From: Candidatus Collierbacteria bacterium GW2011_GWB2_45_17
GTDB lineage: Bacteria; Patescibacteriota; Microgenomatia; UBA1400; MFAQ01
Direction of reading: 5' to 3'
Length of the DNA stretch: 64,000 bases
Assembly: GCA_001001485.1 (NCBI GenBank)
Contig: LCKO01000001.1
Location: forward strand, 9,381 to 73,380
Part shown: one piece after another, positions 19,058 to 29,871 of the stretch
How positions within the stretch are numbered: the stretch's first letter is position 1
Layout: every line of letters starts with the position of its first letter
Position numbers and translations under genes: made by a program
Notes under the pieces: model-generated
Told to the model about the DNA's origin: nothing
The model's input: only the letters and a program-made list of their open reading frames with translations
The model's database searches: none

Positions 19058-19264
19058 ATGTTCAAGAATATCATCGCTCCTGTTCAAGCTTGGCTTTTAT
19101 CGCGTGGTACTTGCGTCGGCTGTGGTACTTCGCTCACCGAAGGTCAAAGTAAGCCATCACCAAAGGTCAAAGACACGGATCAAATCACCTGCAAGTGCGG
19201 TCGAGTTTTTATCTACAATTCGAAGACGAATATCTATCGTCGGGCACTTCTAAGTGAGATCTAA
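19058..19264 (+). CDS. Small zinc-ribbon protein (CxxC...CxC)
   Basis: 68 aa; CVGCG and CKCG pairs. Confidence 0.3.
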   Translation: MFKNIIAPVQAWLLSRGTCVGCGTSLTEGQSKPSPKVKDTDQITCKCGRVFIYNSKTNIYRRALLSEI

Positions 19265-19267
19265 ACT

Positions 19268-20248
19268 ATGTTTAAGCGGCTATTTATCGCTACCACCATT
19301 TTGTCCGTTCTCGGATTTTCCTGGTATTTTCAAGCCATGCAACCGGTCACTCGGACAGCGACCTCTCTTTTGGACTTCGAAATCAAACCCGGCACTGGTA
19401 TCGACAAAATCGCCAATGATCTCAGCTCAGCTCAACTAATTAGATCCAGAATCGCTTTCAAACTCACCGTCATTCGTCTGGGTATAGCGAGCAAAATTCA
19501 AGCCGGTTATTTTAAGCTTTCTCCGAACATGGATGCTACCGAAATGGCTCAGGCTTTGCTTCACGCTTATTCTCGCCAGGTCCGTGTGACCATTCCGGAA
19601 GGCTTAAGAAGTGAAGAAATAAACTTTCTTTTTGACAAAGCCTTCAGCCAAATAAAAGAAAATAACTACAATCCATTACAATTTACTTCCCTGACCCGAG
19701 GCAAAGAGGGTCGTCTCTTTCCTGACACTTACGATTTTGCCCCGGAAGCTTCTGCTTCGGACATTGTGAAACGACTGACTAAGCAATTTGAAGAAGTCAC
19801 GGCCGATATTCCTTCGGATAAATTAAATGGCGTCACCACCCTGGCTTCATTACTGGAAAGAGAAGCGGCTTCGTCTGCCGAAATGCCCTTGATCGCCGGA
19901 GTTATCGCCAATCGTTTAAAAATCGGCATGGCTTTGCAAATAGACGCTTCGGTTCAATACGCTTTAGGATCAGCCCGCTGTAAGCAGATCAACTGCGATT
20001 GGTGGGAAAAAGACCTTACCCTTGAAGATCTCAAACTTAAATCTCCCTACAATACTTATCTCAATACCGGACTTCCGCCCACGCCAATAGCCAATCCCGG
20101 CAAAGATGCTCTCTCCGCCGCCTCCGATCCACAGGAAACTTCATCCATGTACTATCTCCATGACTTAAACGGCAAAATTCATTTCGCCGACACCTTCGCC
20201 GAGCACTCCAAAAACATCTGTACCTTCCTCAAAAAAGACTGCAACTAA
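19268..20248 (+). CDS. mltG: Endolytic murein transglycosylase MltG (YceG family)
   Basis: N-terminal TM plus YceG-like domain, YYLHDLNGKIHFADTFAEHSKN. Confidence 0.7.
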   Translation: MFKRLFIATTILSVLGFSWYFQAMQPVTRTATSLLDFEIKPGTGIDKIANDLSSAQLIRSRIAFKLTVIRLGIASKIQAGYFKLSPNMDATEMAQALLHAYSRQVRVTIPEGLRSEEINFLFDKAFSQIKENNYNPLQFTSLTRGKEGRLFPDTYDFAPEASASDIVKRLTKQFEEVTADIPSDKLNGVTTLASLLEREAASSAEMPLIAGVIANRLKIGMALQIDASVQYALGSARCKQINCDWWEKDLTLEDLKLKSPYNTYLNTGLPPTPIANPGKDALSAASDPQETSSMYYLHDLNGKIHFADTFAEHSKNICTFLKKDCN

Positions 20249-20252
20249 TCTC

Positions 20253-20287
20253 GTCATCCCGACCAAAGTGGAGGGATCTCACTCCAC
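20253..20287. repeat. Hairpin repeat GTCATCCCGACCAAAGTGGAGGGATCTCACTCCAC, followed by a bidirectional terminator-like hairpin CCGGCAACCTTTCGGCCACCGG
   Basis: Same ...GGGATCTCACTCCAC family as the copies at 41852, 46334 and 46988. Confidence 0.5.
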
Positions 20288-20322
20288 AAAAAACCGGCAA
20301 CCTTTCGGCCACCGGCAAATGA

Positions 20323-20739
20323 CTACAAATCTCCCCAATGCTCAATTTTTTCGGCCTCGATCTGGCCTCTGATCCTCTTTGTTTCTTCAAAGTCAGCCTT
20401 AAAGTTCACATCATATGCCACCCGGTTAAAATCCCACTTCAGTTTGTAAAGAGCAAAAATCACATCTTCAATGCCTACTCCCTGCCTCATAGCAATCCTC
20501 TCGAACATCCAAAGTGTTCCGAAGGTAGTTACTACGATTATTATCCCTGTGGACAGGACAATCCCGAGCGTGGCAATCAGTATTGCCGATGCTGTGCCTG
20601 CACCCGTTAAGATTGTCTCTTTTGAGAACCATAGGATGACAAAGGAGATTAATAGCAAAAACAAAGTTCGTTCCAGAACACTTAGCCAAAATATTTTCAA
20701 AGCAGCCTCCTTCAGAATTTCCTGTATTGTACCAAACAT
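20323..20739 (-). CDS. Hypothetical membrane protein
   Basis: 138 aa with 3 predicted TM helices. Confidence 0.4.
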   Translation of the reverse strand: MFGTIQEILKEAALKIFWLSVLERTLFLLLISFVILWFSKETILTGAGTASAILIATLGIVLSTGIIIVVTTFGTLWMFERIAMRQGVGIEDVIFALYKLKWDFNRVAYDVNFKADFEETKRIRGQIEAEKIEHWGDL

Positions 20740-20869
20740 CAGATTGACAGGCGCGCAATGTGCCTTTATACTTACGGCACTGTCCTAAACTTGGCTGATA
20801 TTTTTTCCAGTCAGGTTTTTGTATGTTGTCCATCGTTATTTACTCTGCCTAAAAAAACCCAAAATACGG

Positions 20870-23800
20870 ATGATAAAACAAACCAAACGCGAAGATTGGG
20901 GCAATATTGCCTCTAAGTTACCCGAGTCAAACCTAGCCCAAACTCAGCTAGACTCATACAAACAATTTCTCGAAGATGGTATCCGTGAATCACTACTAGA
21001 GCTAAATCCCATCAGGGACTTCACAGGCAAGGTCTTTGAGTTCGAATTTTTAAGTAACCGTGTTGGTCTGCCTAAGTTTTCTCCCAAGCAAGCTATCGAA
21101 AAGGGTGTCACCTTTGAAGCTCCTCTCTGGGCCACGGTCAAACTGACCAACCTCCACACCGCCGCTACTCAACAGCAAGAAATTTTCCTGGGAGACATTC
21201 CTATGATGACCTCCATTGGTACCTTTATCATCAATGGTGTCGAGCGCGTCGTGGTTAACCAGCTCGTCCGCTCTCCTGGTGCCTACTTTACCCGTGAAGT
21301 CGATCCGCACTCCGGTCGTGTCATTCACCAGGCCGAAGTTCGTCCTATGCGTGGATCCTGGCTCGAGTTTATAGTCAGTCGCAACGATCATATCTCCGTC
21401 CGAATCGACCGTCACCGCAAAGTTTCTGCCACTACTCTTATTCGTGCCCTAGGCTTTAGTACCAATGAAGAAATCTTGGCTCTCTTTACCGATGTCGATA
21501 CCGACAAGGAACACCGTTACATTTCTACCACCCTTCTCAAAGACTCCAGTACCAACACCGAAGAAGCTCTTCTCGAGTTCTATCAGAAAGTTCGCCCCGG
21601 TGAGCCGGCGGTGTTAGACAATGCCAAAGCCCTCCTCCACCAGATGTTCTTCGACGCTCGCCGCTACAATCTTGGCTTGGTCGGTCGCTACAAGATGAAT
21701 CGCAAGCTGGGTCTTAATACCCCCATCGACAAGCAACACATTACCTTGACGACTGAGGACTTTATAGGCTCTGTCAAATACTTAATTGGACTTCAAAATG
21801 GCACTGGTAAAACCGACGATATTGATCATCTGGCCAACCGTCGTCTTCGTTGCGTGGGAGAACTAGTCAATCAGACATCTTTCAAAGCTGGACTTCTCAG
21901 ATTGGAGCGATCTATCAAAGAAAAGATGTCTCTCGCCAAGCCCGACGAACTACCTACTCCCGCCGCTTTCGTCAATCCTCGTCCCATTATTTCCGCTATT
22001 ACCGAATTTTTCCGTCGCAACCGACTTTCGTCAATCCTCGATCAGGTCAATCCTCTTTCCGAGATTGATAACCTTCGCCGTATCTCCGTCATGGGACCTG
22101 GTGGCATCACTCGTGAACGCGCCAGTTTCTCCATGCGCGACATCCACTCTTCCCAGTACTCTCGTATCTGTCCGGTTAGGTCTCCCGAAGGACCAAATAT
22201 TGGTTTGGTCACCTATCTGGCTCTTTATGCTCGTATTAATGCTTATGGCTTTTTGGAGGCTCCATACTTACCGGTAAGCAAGATCGTCAAAGGCGGAAAA
22301 ACTACTTTTAAAATCGGCAATGAGGCTGTTTATCTCGCCGCCGATGATGAAGAAGATGCTTATATTACCCACGCCGGCATCGAGAGAGATGGAGACTCTA
22401 TCACTCAGAAATGGGTTCCGGTAAGATACGCCGGTAAGTTTATTGAAGCCGACATCGACAAAGTCCAATACATCGATGTTATTCCCCGCCAGGTGGTTGG
22501 CACCTCCGCCTCTCTGATTCCGTTTATTCAACAGGATGAAGGTACTCGCGCTCTTATGGGAACTCATCACCTTACGCAAGCTCTTCCCCTGGTGAAGCCT
22601 ACCGCTCCCATCGTCGGTACGGGCATGGAGGCCATCACCGCCGCCGGCATGGGTTGGGTGGTTTCATCTGACTTCAATGGTGTAGTTCTTTCTGTTGACG
22701 GCAATCATATTAGTGTCAAGATTTCCGAAAAAGACGCCGTTTCGGCCGCCTCCGGAATTTCCCCTTACGATTACGGCTTCATTGAGATCAAAAAGGATAT
22801 TGTTACTTATCATCTTCGTAAATATCACAACTCTTCTCAAGACACCTGTTACAACCAGCATCCTCTGGTCTCCCTCGGAGACAAACTTAAAAAGGGTGAT
22901 GTCATCATCAACGGTCCTGCTTCGGAAAATGGTGAACTGGCTCTTGGTCAGAATCTTTTGATAGCCTACGCCGCCTTTGAAGGTCTGGGTTACGAAGACG
23001 CTATCGTGGTTTCCGATCGTTGCGTCCGTCAAGATTTACTTTCTTCGGTTCACATCCACGAGCACACTTGCGATGTCATGGATACCAAGCTTGGTGCCGA
23101 AGAACTGACCCGAGATATTCCAAACGTCGCCGAAACCGATCTTCGAAACCTGGGTGAAGACGGCACTATTGCTATCGGTTCCACCGTCGGCCCAAACGAC
23201 ATCTTGGTTGGCAAAATTGCCCCAAAAGGGGAAACTGAGCTTACCGCCGAGGAACGACTCTTGAGGGCCATTTTTGGAGAAAAGGCCAGGGAAGTCAGAG
23301 ACACTTCTTTGCGTATGCCTCATGGTGAACAAGGCACCATTGTTTCGGTGAGAATCTTAAGTCGTGAAGCCGGGGACGAGTTGGACGCCGGTGTCATTCA
23401 ACAAATAAAAATCAAGGTGGCTCAGCTCAGAAAAATCACTGTTGGCGATAAGGTGGCCGGTAGACATGGAAACAAAGGTGTCATTTCCAAGATAGTTTCC
23501 GATGCCGACATGCCTCATCTGGCCGATGGCCGTCCGGTAGATGTCATCATTTCTCCTCTTTCGGTTCTGGCTCGTATGAATCTTGGTCAGCTACTGGAAG
23601 CTCAGCTGGCTTTTGCCGGAGAGAAACTTGGCAAAAGATACTCCGTTCCAGTTTTTGAAAACGTTTCTGAAGCCAAACTAAACAAGACATTGATCGAGGC
23701 CGGCTTACCCATCAATGGCAAAGCTCAGCTTTATGATGGCCGTACCGGTGAACCCTTTGGTCAGGAAACAGCCGTCGGAATAAGTTACATTCTCAAGCTC

Positions 23801-24313
23801 AATCACATGGTTGAGGACAAGACTCATGCGCGCTCCATTGGACCTTACTCTCTAGTCACCCAACAACCTCTTGGAGGCAAAGCTCAAATGGGTGGTCAGC
23901 GTTTAGGAGAAATGGAAGTTTGGGCTCTTGAAGCGCACAAAGCCGCTTACTCCCTGCAAGAAATGCTTACTCTCAAGTCCGATGATGTTGTTGGCCGTTC
24001 CAAAGCTTTTGAAGCTATTGTCAAAGGTGAAACTATCCCGATGTCTTCAATTCCCGAGTCCTTTAAGGTCTTGGTTAAGGAGCTAAACTCTCTTTGTCTC
24101 GCCGTTATTCCTACCGGTCAAGTAGTGGCTCATGTCGAAGAGCCCTTGCCTGTCAAGCCAGAGATTGCCGCCGAGATAGCCGAAGCCACCAGTATGTCCG
24201 ACGAGCTTAAAGTTTCCACCTTCGAGGAAGAAACCGATGAGTCCGGTGAAGACATCGTCGATCCAATAGATGAGGAAGCAGTATTAAACAAAACAACTAA
24301 CAATAATGAATAA
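20870..24313 (+). CDS. rpoB: DNA-directed RNA polymerase beta subunit
   Basis: Unambiguous RpoB similarity along its length; start placed at MIKQTKREDWGNI inside the ORF-track ORF 20819-24313. Confidence 0.9.
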   Translation: MIKQTKREDWGNIASKLPESNLAQTQLDSYKQFLEDGIRESLLELNPIRDFTGKVFEFEFLSNRVGLPKFSPKQAIEKGVTFEAPLWATVKLTNLHTAATQQQEIFLGDIPMMTSIGTFIINGVERVVVNQLVRSPGAYFTREVDPHSGRVIHQAEVRPMRGSWLEFIVSRNDHISVRIDRHRKVSATTLIRALGFSTNEEILALFTDVDTDKEHRYISTTLLKDSSTNTEEALLEFYQKVRPGEPAVLDNAKALLHQMFFDARRYNLGLVGRYKMNRKLGLNTPIDKQHITLTTEDFIGSVKYLIGLQNGTGKTDDIDHLANRRLRCVGELVNQTSFKAGLLRLERSIKEKMSLAKPDELPTPAAFVNPRPIISAITEFFRRNRLSSILDQVNPLSEIDNLRRISVMGPGGITRERASFSMRDIHSSQYSRICPVRSPEGPNIGLVTYLALYARINAYGFLEAPYLPVSKIVKGGKTTFKIGNEAVYLAADDEEDAYITHAGIERDGDSITQKWVPVRYAGKFIEADIDKVQYIDVIPRQVVGTSASLIPFIQQDEGTRALMGTHHLTQALPLVKPTAPIVGTGMEAITAAGMGWVVSSDFNGVVLSVDGNHISVKISEKDAVSAASGISPYDYGFIEIKKDIVTYHLRKYHNSSQDTCYNQHPLVSLGDKLKKGDVIINGPASENGELALGQNLLIAYAAFEGLGYEDAIVVSDRCVRQDLLSSVHIHEHTCDVMDTKLGAEELTRDIPNVAETDLRNLGEDGTIAIGSTVGPNDILVGKIAPKGETELTAEERLLRAIFGEKAREVRDTSLRMPHGEQGTIVSVRILSREAGDELDAGVIQQIKIKVAQLRKITVGDKVAGRHGNKGVISKIVSDADMPHLADGRPVDVIISPLSVLARMNLGQLLEAQLAFAGEKLGKRYSVPVFENVSEAKLNKTLIEAGLPINGKAQLYDGRTGEPFGQETAVGISYILKLNHMVEDKTHARSIGPYSLVTQQPLGGKAQMGGQRLGEMEVWALEAHKAAYSLQEMLTLKSDDVVGRSKAFEAIVKGETIPMSSIPESFKVLVKELNSLCLAVIPTGQVVAHVEEPLPVKPEIAAEIAEATSMSDELKVSTFEEETDESGEDIVDPIDEEAVLNKTTNNNE

Positions 24314-27300
24314 CATCATCGATTTTTCCGGATTACAGATTAGACTGGCGAGCCCCGAAGATATTAAGAGTTGGTCATATGGTTTGGTCACCAAACCGGA
24401 AACAATTAACTACCGAACTCAAAAACCGGAAAAGGACGGCCTTTTCTGTGAACGAATTTTTGGTCCTACTAAAGACTGGGAATGTTATTGTGGTAAGTAC
24501 AAACGAGTTCGTTTCAAAGGTATTGTCTGCGACAAATGCGGTGTTGAAGTTACTCTGAGCCGTGTCCGCCGCGAGCGTATGGGTCACCTTGAGCTGTCTG
24601 CTCCGGTCGCTCACGTTTGGTTTTTCAAAGGCGCTCCCAGCAAACTTTCTTTACTGCTTGATATTTCTCCCAAGGCCCTCACCTCCGTCATCTACTTCAG
24701 TAAATACCTCATCATGTCGGTCGATGAAGCCGGCCGAGAAGAGGCTCTGGCCAACATTGAAACTCAAAAAGAAACCAAGTTAAACGAGGTCCGCACCAAC
24801 TTTGATAAACAGATTGAAGACGTCAAAGATCTGGGAGAAAAGGAAATTAAAGAACTCAAGAAAAAAATAAGAGCTAAAGACGAACTGGAGCTAAAGTCCG
24901 AAGATCTAAAGGTCGATTACAAGCAGAAGGTAGCCAACCTCAGGGAGCAGATGGTCGTTGAACTGGCTTTCACCGAAGAAATCTACAGTAAATTAGGCTC
25001 GTTAATTGAAAGAATTCAAGCCAATTCTCTGGTATCCGATTCGGAGTTTGCCAAGCTAGAGGAATACCGTCTCGTCGATTGGATTGAAGCCGGTATGGGC
25101 TCGGAAGCCCTTCTTGAGGCTTTAAAGAAAATAAATCTCGAAGAACTGGGCTCCAAGTTAAAAGAGGATCTCAATAGCTCTTCGGAAGCCAAAAGACTTC
25201 GGGCCACCAAAAGACTTCAGGTGGTTCGTGGACTTTCCGACGCCAAAATTAAGCCGGAATGGATGATCGTTCAAACTCTTCCGGTTATCCCTCCGGACCT
25301 TCGTCCTATGGTCCAGCTTTCCGGTGGTCGCTTTGCCGCTTCAGACTTAAATGATTTATATCGCCGAGTTATCAATCGCAACAATCGTCTTAAACATCTG
25401 ATCGATCTTGGGGCTCCGGAAATCATTTTGAGAAATGAAAAACGTATGCTTCAGGAAGCCGTCGATTCTTTAATTGATTCTTCCCAAGCCCGTTCTACTC
25501 GCAGGTCACGCACCGGAAAAACCTTAAAGTCTCTTTCCGACATGCTTCGTGGTAAGCAAGGCCGTTTCCGTCAAAACCTTCTCGGTAAGCGCGTCGACTA
25601 TTCAGGTCGTAGTGTTATCGTCGTCGGACCGGAGCTAAAACTTAACCAATGTGGTTTGCCCAAGGACATGGCTCTGGAAATGTTTAAACCCTTTGTACTT
25701 CACGAGATCATCAAACAAGACTTGGCTCCGAATGTCAAAGCCGCCAAAGCTCTCATCGAAAAACGTCTACCGGAAGTTTTTGATATTCTCGAAAAAATTA
25801 CCAAAAAACACCCCGTGCTTCTTAACCGCGCTCCTACATTGCACAAGCTTTCGATTCAAGCTTTTTGGCCGGTACTGGTCGATGGCGCCGCTATTCGTCT
25901 TCATCCTGTCGTCTGTTCCGGTTTTAACGCCGACTTCGACGGAGACCAGATGGCTGTACACGTCCCCCTAACCAAAAAAGCCATTCAAGAAGCCAAGAAT
26001 CACATGCTTCCTCAATACAACCTGGTCAAGCCTTCTGCCGGTAACCCGGTTTCTATTCCTGACTCCAAGGAAATGGCCATCGGTGTTTACTATCTCACAT
26101 CCATAGATACCAAATTGGCCCCATACAGCATGCCGTTTTCCTCTCCCACCGAAGCCATCACTGCCACTCAGACAGGTGTGGTCAACGTCCGTCAGCTAAT
26201 ATTGGTGAGACTTCATCCGGAAGAAAGCAGTGAGCTTACCGAAACTACTGTTGGCCGTATTATTTTCAATAAAATTCTCCCCAAAGAGTGGAAATTCCTA
26301 AATCACAATCTACCTCGTAAAGAAATTTCCGCCATGTTCCATCGTGCGATTCGCGAGCTAGACATCAAGCGAGTTGTCAGATTAATTGATAATGTCAAAG
26401 ATATTGGTTTCCACTACTCAACCGTTTCCGGTCTTTCCTTTGCCATCACCGACAATGAAATGTACTCTGACAAAGCGGCCTTTATCGAAGGTGGAAACGT
26501 CAAGGCTAAAGAGATCGAAGAAAACTTTAACTCCGGTTTGATCACCAATGAAGAAAGACGAAAGCTTACTATTCAAATGTGGATGGATACTGCCGACGAT
26601 CTGGCCGAAAAAACCTGGCAGGAATTTTCTGAAGATAATCCGGTTCGCTTAATTATCGATACCGGCATGGGACGTATTACCAAAAATACCATCAAACAAC
26701 TCTCCGCTATGCGTGGTATCAACGTCGATCCTCTCGGCAATATGGTTGAGCTACCCACCAAGGGAAACTTCCGTGAAGGTCTTTCTATCTTTGAATACGT
26801 TACCTCCATTCGTGGTTCCCGAAAGGGTCTTACCGACACCGCTCTTCGTACTGCCGATGCCGGTTACTTGACTCGTCGCCTGGTCGATGTCAGCCATGAT
26901 GCTATTATTCGAGCAGAAGAATGCGGCACCGAAGAGTTTCTCACCATCTCTACCGATGGTACTCGTGGAAAAGTCTTCGAAAAGAGCATTACTTCCAGGT
27001 TTTCGGCCAAAAAAGTTGTTGCTCCCGAAACACGCAAAGTTCTTGTTTCTGCAGGTGAAATGATCACCGAAGATGTCGCCGCCGCTATCGTCAAGTCGGG
27101 TATCAAAGAGGTCGAAATCCGCTCTCCGCTCACTTGTAAGATGCGCTTCGGTCTTTGTGCCAAGTGTTACGGTAATAATTTAGCTAACAATGCTCCAGCG
27201 GTCATTGGAGATCCGGTTGGTGTCACTGCCGCCCAATCCATCGGTGAGCCTGGAACCCAGCTTACTATGCGTACCAAACACTCCGGAGGTGTCGCCGGTG

Positions 27301-28016
27301 TCGACGTTACCCAGGGTCTGCCTAGAGTTACCGAACTTTTTGAAGTCCGTATGCCCAAACTGGTTGCTCCTCTAGCCGAAGTCTCGGGCAAGGCCAAAAT
27401 TGTCGAAACCGACAACGGCAACCTAATTACTATTACCCCTACCGGCAAAAAAGAAGATCGCAAAGAGTATCTCATTCCTTTAGCCATGCATCTTAAGGTC
27501 GAAGATGGTGATCTTGTAGCCGTTGGAACTCAACTGGCCTCAGGAGGGGTGGACATTAGAGAACTTTTGAAGATCAAGGGTTTGAGAGCCGCTCAAAACT
27601 ACCTTATTGCCGAGATTCAATCAATTTATGAATCTCAAGGTATCAGCATTCACGACAAACACTTTGAAGTCATCACTAGAAAAATGTGCGACTATGTTCG
27701 AATTGACTCCGTTGGAGACTCAAGCCTCGTCGCCGGAGACGTTATCAGTCGAGGCAGTTACGAAATGGCCAATGAAGGCGTTATCGCTCAAGGAGGAGAG
27801 CCTGCCACCGCCACCAATCTTATTCTTGGTACCATTCGCGCCGCTCTACACACCGACAGTTGGCTTTCAGCCGCCTCTTTCCAAGACACCACCAGTGTCT
27901 TAACCGACGCCGCGGTTCAGGGAAAAGTTGACCATCTCGTGGGTATGAAGGAAAACGTTATTATTGGCCGCTTGGTTCCCACCAGCAAACTCCGTGCCAG
28001 GATCGAGAATATCTGA
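24306..28016 (+). CDS. rpoC: DNA-directed RNA polymerase beta' subunit
   Basis: NADFDGDQM catalytic motif, zinc-binding Cys clusters, 1236 aa. Confidence 0.9.
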   Translation: MNNIIDFSGLQIRLASPEDIKSWSYGLVTKPETINYRTQKPEKDGLFCERIFGPTKDWECYCGKYKRVRFKGIVCDKCGVEVTLSRVRRERMGHLELSAPVAHVWFFKGAPSKLSLLLDISPKALTSVIYFSKYLIMSVDEAGREEALANIETQKETKLNEVRTNFDKQIEDVKDLGEKEIKELKKKIRAKDELELKSEDLKVDYKQKVANLREQMVVELAFTEEIYSKLGSLIERIQANSLVSDSEFAKLEEYRLVDWIEAGMGSEALLEALKKINLEELGSKLKEDLNSSSEAKRLRATKRLQVVRGLSDAKIKPEWMIVQTLPVIPPDLRPMVQLSGGRFAASDLNDLYRRVINRNNRLKHLIDLGAPEIILRNEKRMLQEAVDSLIDSSQARSTRRSRTGKTLKSLSDMLRGKQGRFRQNLLGKRVDYSGRSVIVVGPELKLNQCGLPKDMALEMFKPFVLHEIIKQDLAPNVKAAKALIEKRLPEVFDILEKITKKHPVLLNRAPTLHKLSIQAFWPVLVDGAAIRLHPVVCSGFNADFDGDQMAVHVPLTKKAIQEAKNHMLPQYNLVKPSAGNPVSIPDSKEMAIGVYYLTSIDTKLAPYSMPFSSPTEAITATQTGVVNVRQLILVRLHPEESSELTETTVGRIIFNKILPKEWKFLNHNLPRKEISAMFHRAIRELDIKRVVRLIDNVKDIGFHYSTVSGLSFAITDNEMYSDKAAFIEGGNVKAKEIEENFNSGLITNEERRKLTIQMWMDTADDLAEKTWQEFSEDNPVRLIIDTGMGRITKNTIKQLSAMRGINVDPLGNMVELPTKGNFREGLSIFEYVTSIRGSRKGLTDTALRTADAGYLTRRLVDVSHDAIIRAEECGTEEFLTISTDGTRGKVFEKSITSRFSAKKVVAPETRKVLVSAGEMITEDVAAAIVKSGIKEVEIRSPLTCKMRFGLCAKCYGNNLANNAPAVIGDPVGVTAAQSIGEPGTQLTMRTKHSGGVAGVDVTQGLPRVTELFEVRMPKLVAPLAEVSGKAKIVETDNGNLITITPTGKKEDRKEYLIPLAMHLKVEDGDLVAVGTQLASGGVDIRELLKIKGLRAAQNYLIAEIQSIYESQGISIHDKHFEVITRKMCDYVRIDSVGDSSLVAGDVISRGSYEMANEGVIAQGGEPATATNLILGTIRAALHTDSWLSAASFQDTTSVLTDAAVQGKVDHLVGMKENVIIGRLVPTSKLRARIENI

Positions 28017-28035
28017 TAAAATACACGAGCAAACA

Positions 28036-28458
28036 ATGCCTACCACGAATCAATTAATCAAGTCCGGCCGGGTGAGTAACGCCCGAAAAATAAAAACCAC
28101 CGCTCTTCGTAAGAGTTTTAACTCGGTCAAGCGTCGAATGGTTGTCACCCAAAGTCCTCAAAAGGCTGGGGTCTGTTTACAGGTCAAGACCATGACTCCC
28201 AAAAAACCAAACTCCGCATTACGGAAGATTGCCCGAGTGAGACTGTCAAACAAACAAGAAGTGACCGCTTACATCATGGGTGAAGGTCACAACTTAGCCG
28301 AGCACAGTATCGTCCTGATTCGCGGTGGTCGAGTTCGAGATCTTCCTGGTGTGAAGTTTCATATTATTAGAGGTAAGCTCGATACCGGTGGCATTGAAAA
28401 ACGCCGCACCTCCCGCAGTAAATACGGCACCAAACGCCCCTCAGTAGCAAAGAAATAA
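28036..28458 (+). CDS. rpsL: 30S ribosomal protein S12
   Basis: [12 protein letters not shown]...[10 protein letters not shown]. Confidence 0.9.
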   Translation: MPTTNQLIKSGRVSNARKIKTTALRKSFNSVKRRMVVTQSPQKAGVCLQVKTMTPKKPNSALRKIARVRLSNKQEVTAYIMGEGHNLAEHSIVLIRGGRVRDLPGVKFHIIRGKLDTGGIEKRRTSRSKYGTKRPSVAKK

Positions 28459-28460
28459 AT

Positions 28461-28937
28461 ATGCGATCCAAAAAAACCCCACCTAAAAAAGTCCAATTTG
28501 ATCCGATTTACGGTAGTCCCTTAGTGGCCAAGTTAATCGCCTGTGTTATGGAAGACGGTCGAAAATCTGTCGCCGCCAAACAAGTTTACAAGGCTATTGA
28601 CATTGTCGCCGAGCAAACCAAGCAAGATGGAGTCGAGTATCTTCACACATCTCTGGACAACATCAAGCCGACTATCGAAGTCCGCTCCCGTCGTGTTGGA
28701 GGCGCTTCCTATCAAGTACCTACTCCTATCCGTCCGGAACGTCGTGACTCTCTGGCCATCCGCTGGCTCATCAATGCCGCCAAAGCTAGAGGCGCCAATC
28801 CTTACCGTACCCTTGCCGACAAACTCGCCGCCGAAATCGTGGAATCTCACGAAAATGCCGGCGCCGCCATCAAAAAGAAGCTCGACACTCACAAGCAAGC
28901 TGAGGCGAATAAGGCATTCGCTCACTTTAGATGGTAA
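28461..28937 (+). CDS. rpsG: 30S ribosomal protein S7
   Basis: S7 signature; 158 aa. Confidence 0.9.
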   Translation: MRSKKTPPKKVQFDPIYGSPLVAKLIACVMEDGRKSVAAKQVYKAIDIVAEQTKQDGVEYLHTSLDNIKPTIEVRSRRVGGASYQVPTPIRPERRDSLAIRWLINAAKARGANPYRTLADKLAAEIVESHENAGAAIKKKLDTHKQAEANKAFAHFRW

Positions 28938-29022
28938 TCCTATAGCATTATTACAGGACTACAATTTTTCATATTTGTGTTTCGGTATTGATTAGTTTTA
29001 ACTTTGGGTTTATTATGGATAT

Positions 29023-29871
29023 GTGATCACAAATTACTGCCCGATTTGTGGAGAATTGGTATTTAAAAAGCGAAAATTTTGTTCGGTTAAATGTAAGTCT
29101 GAAAGTCAAAATCAAAAGATTGAGTTAGAATGCACTGGTTGCGGTAACCATTTCAGGATATTGCCATATTTACAAAGGAAATCTAATTACTGCTCCGTCT
29201 CTTGCTATCACGACTCCACTAGGAAAAAAGAAATTAAAAATTGTCCGGTTTGCAGGAAGAATTTTTCAGTTATGGCGTGTTTAGTAAAGAAAGGTTTTGG
29301 AATTTATTGTTCTCAGAAATGTCGTTATAAAATTCACAGGAAGACTCAAGTTTGTTATCGATGCGGAAAGGAGTTTACTAGGGCATTATCATTATCTATT
29401 AAATATACAAAGTCATTTTGCAGTAAAAAGTGTTGCGACGACTCAACAAGGGAATATGTTTCGATATCGTGCCGCAATTGTCAGAAAATGATCTCAATTC
29501 CAAGAAGCACAATTAATCGAGGTAAGGGAGGATTCTGCTCCTGGTACTGTTATATCCACTATAAAGGCGAAACATCAATCGAAAAGATTGTGAGAATCCG
29601 ACTAAAAAAGGCCAAAATACCATTTGAACAAGAAGTTAAAATCGGTAAATACCATTCAGATTTTATGATCCAAAACACCAACATTCTGATTGAATGTGAT
29701 GGTGATTACTGGCACGGATTACCTTCAGCAATTGCCAAAGATAAGGTTCGAGATTTGATATTACGGACAAAAGGGTATGAAGTGCTTCGATTTACCGAGA
29801 CCGAGATAAAAAAGACAAAAGGAAACTGTGTTATTAATCAATTATCACAAAGGACAGACGTTAAGCAATGA
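29023..29871 (+). CDS. Zinc-ribbon-repeat protein with a C-terminal DUF559 (Vsr-like / restriction-endonuclease-fold) nuclease domain
   Basis: Five repeats of CxxC...x10-15...(F/Y)CSxxC, then IVRIRLKKAKIPFEQEV...SDFMIQNTNILIECDGDYWHG...DKVRDLILRTKGYEVLRFTETEI (DUF559 pattern). Confidence 0.55.
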   Translation: MITNYCPICGELVFKKRKFCSVKCKSESQNQKIELECTGCGNHFRILPYLQRKSNYCSVSCYHDSTRKKEIKNCPVCRKNFSVMACLVKKGFGIYCSQKCRYKIHRKTQVCYRCGKEFTRALSLSIKYTKSFCSKKCCDDSTREYVSISCRNCQKMISIPRSTINRGKGGFCSWYCYIHYKGETSIEKIVRIRLKKAKIPFEQEVKIGKYHSDFMIQNTNILIECDGDYWHGLPSAIAKDKVRDLILRTKGYEVLRFTETEIKKTKGNCVINQLSQRTDVKQ

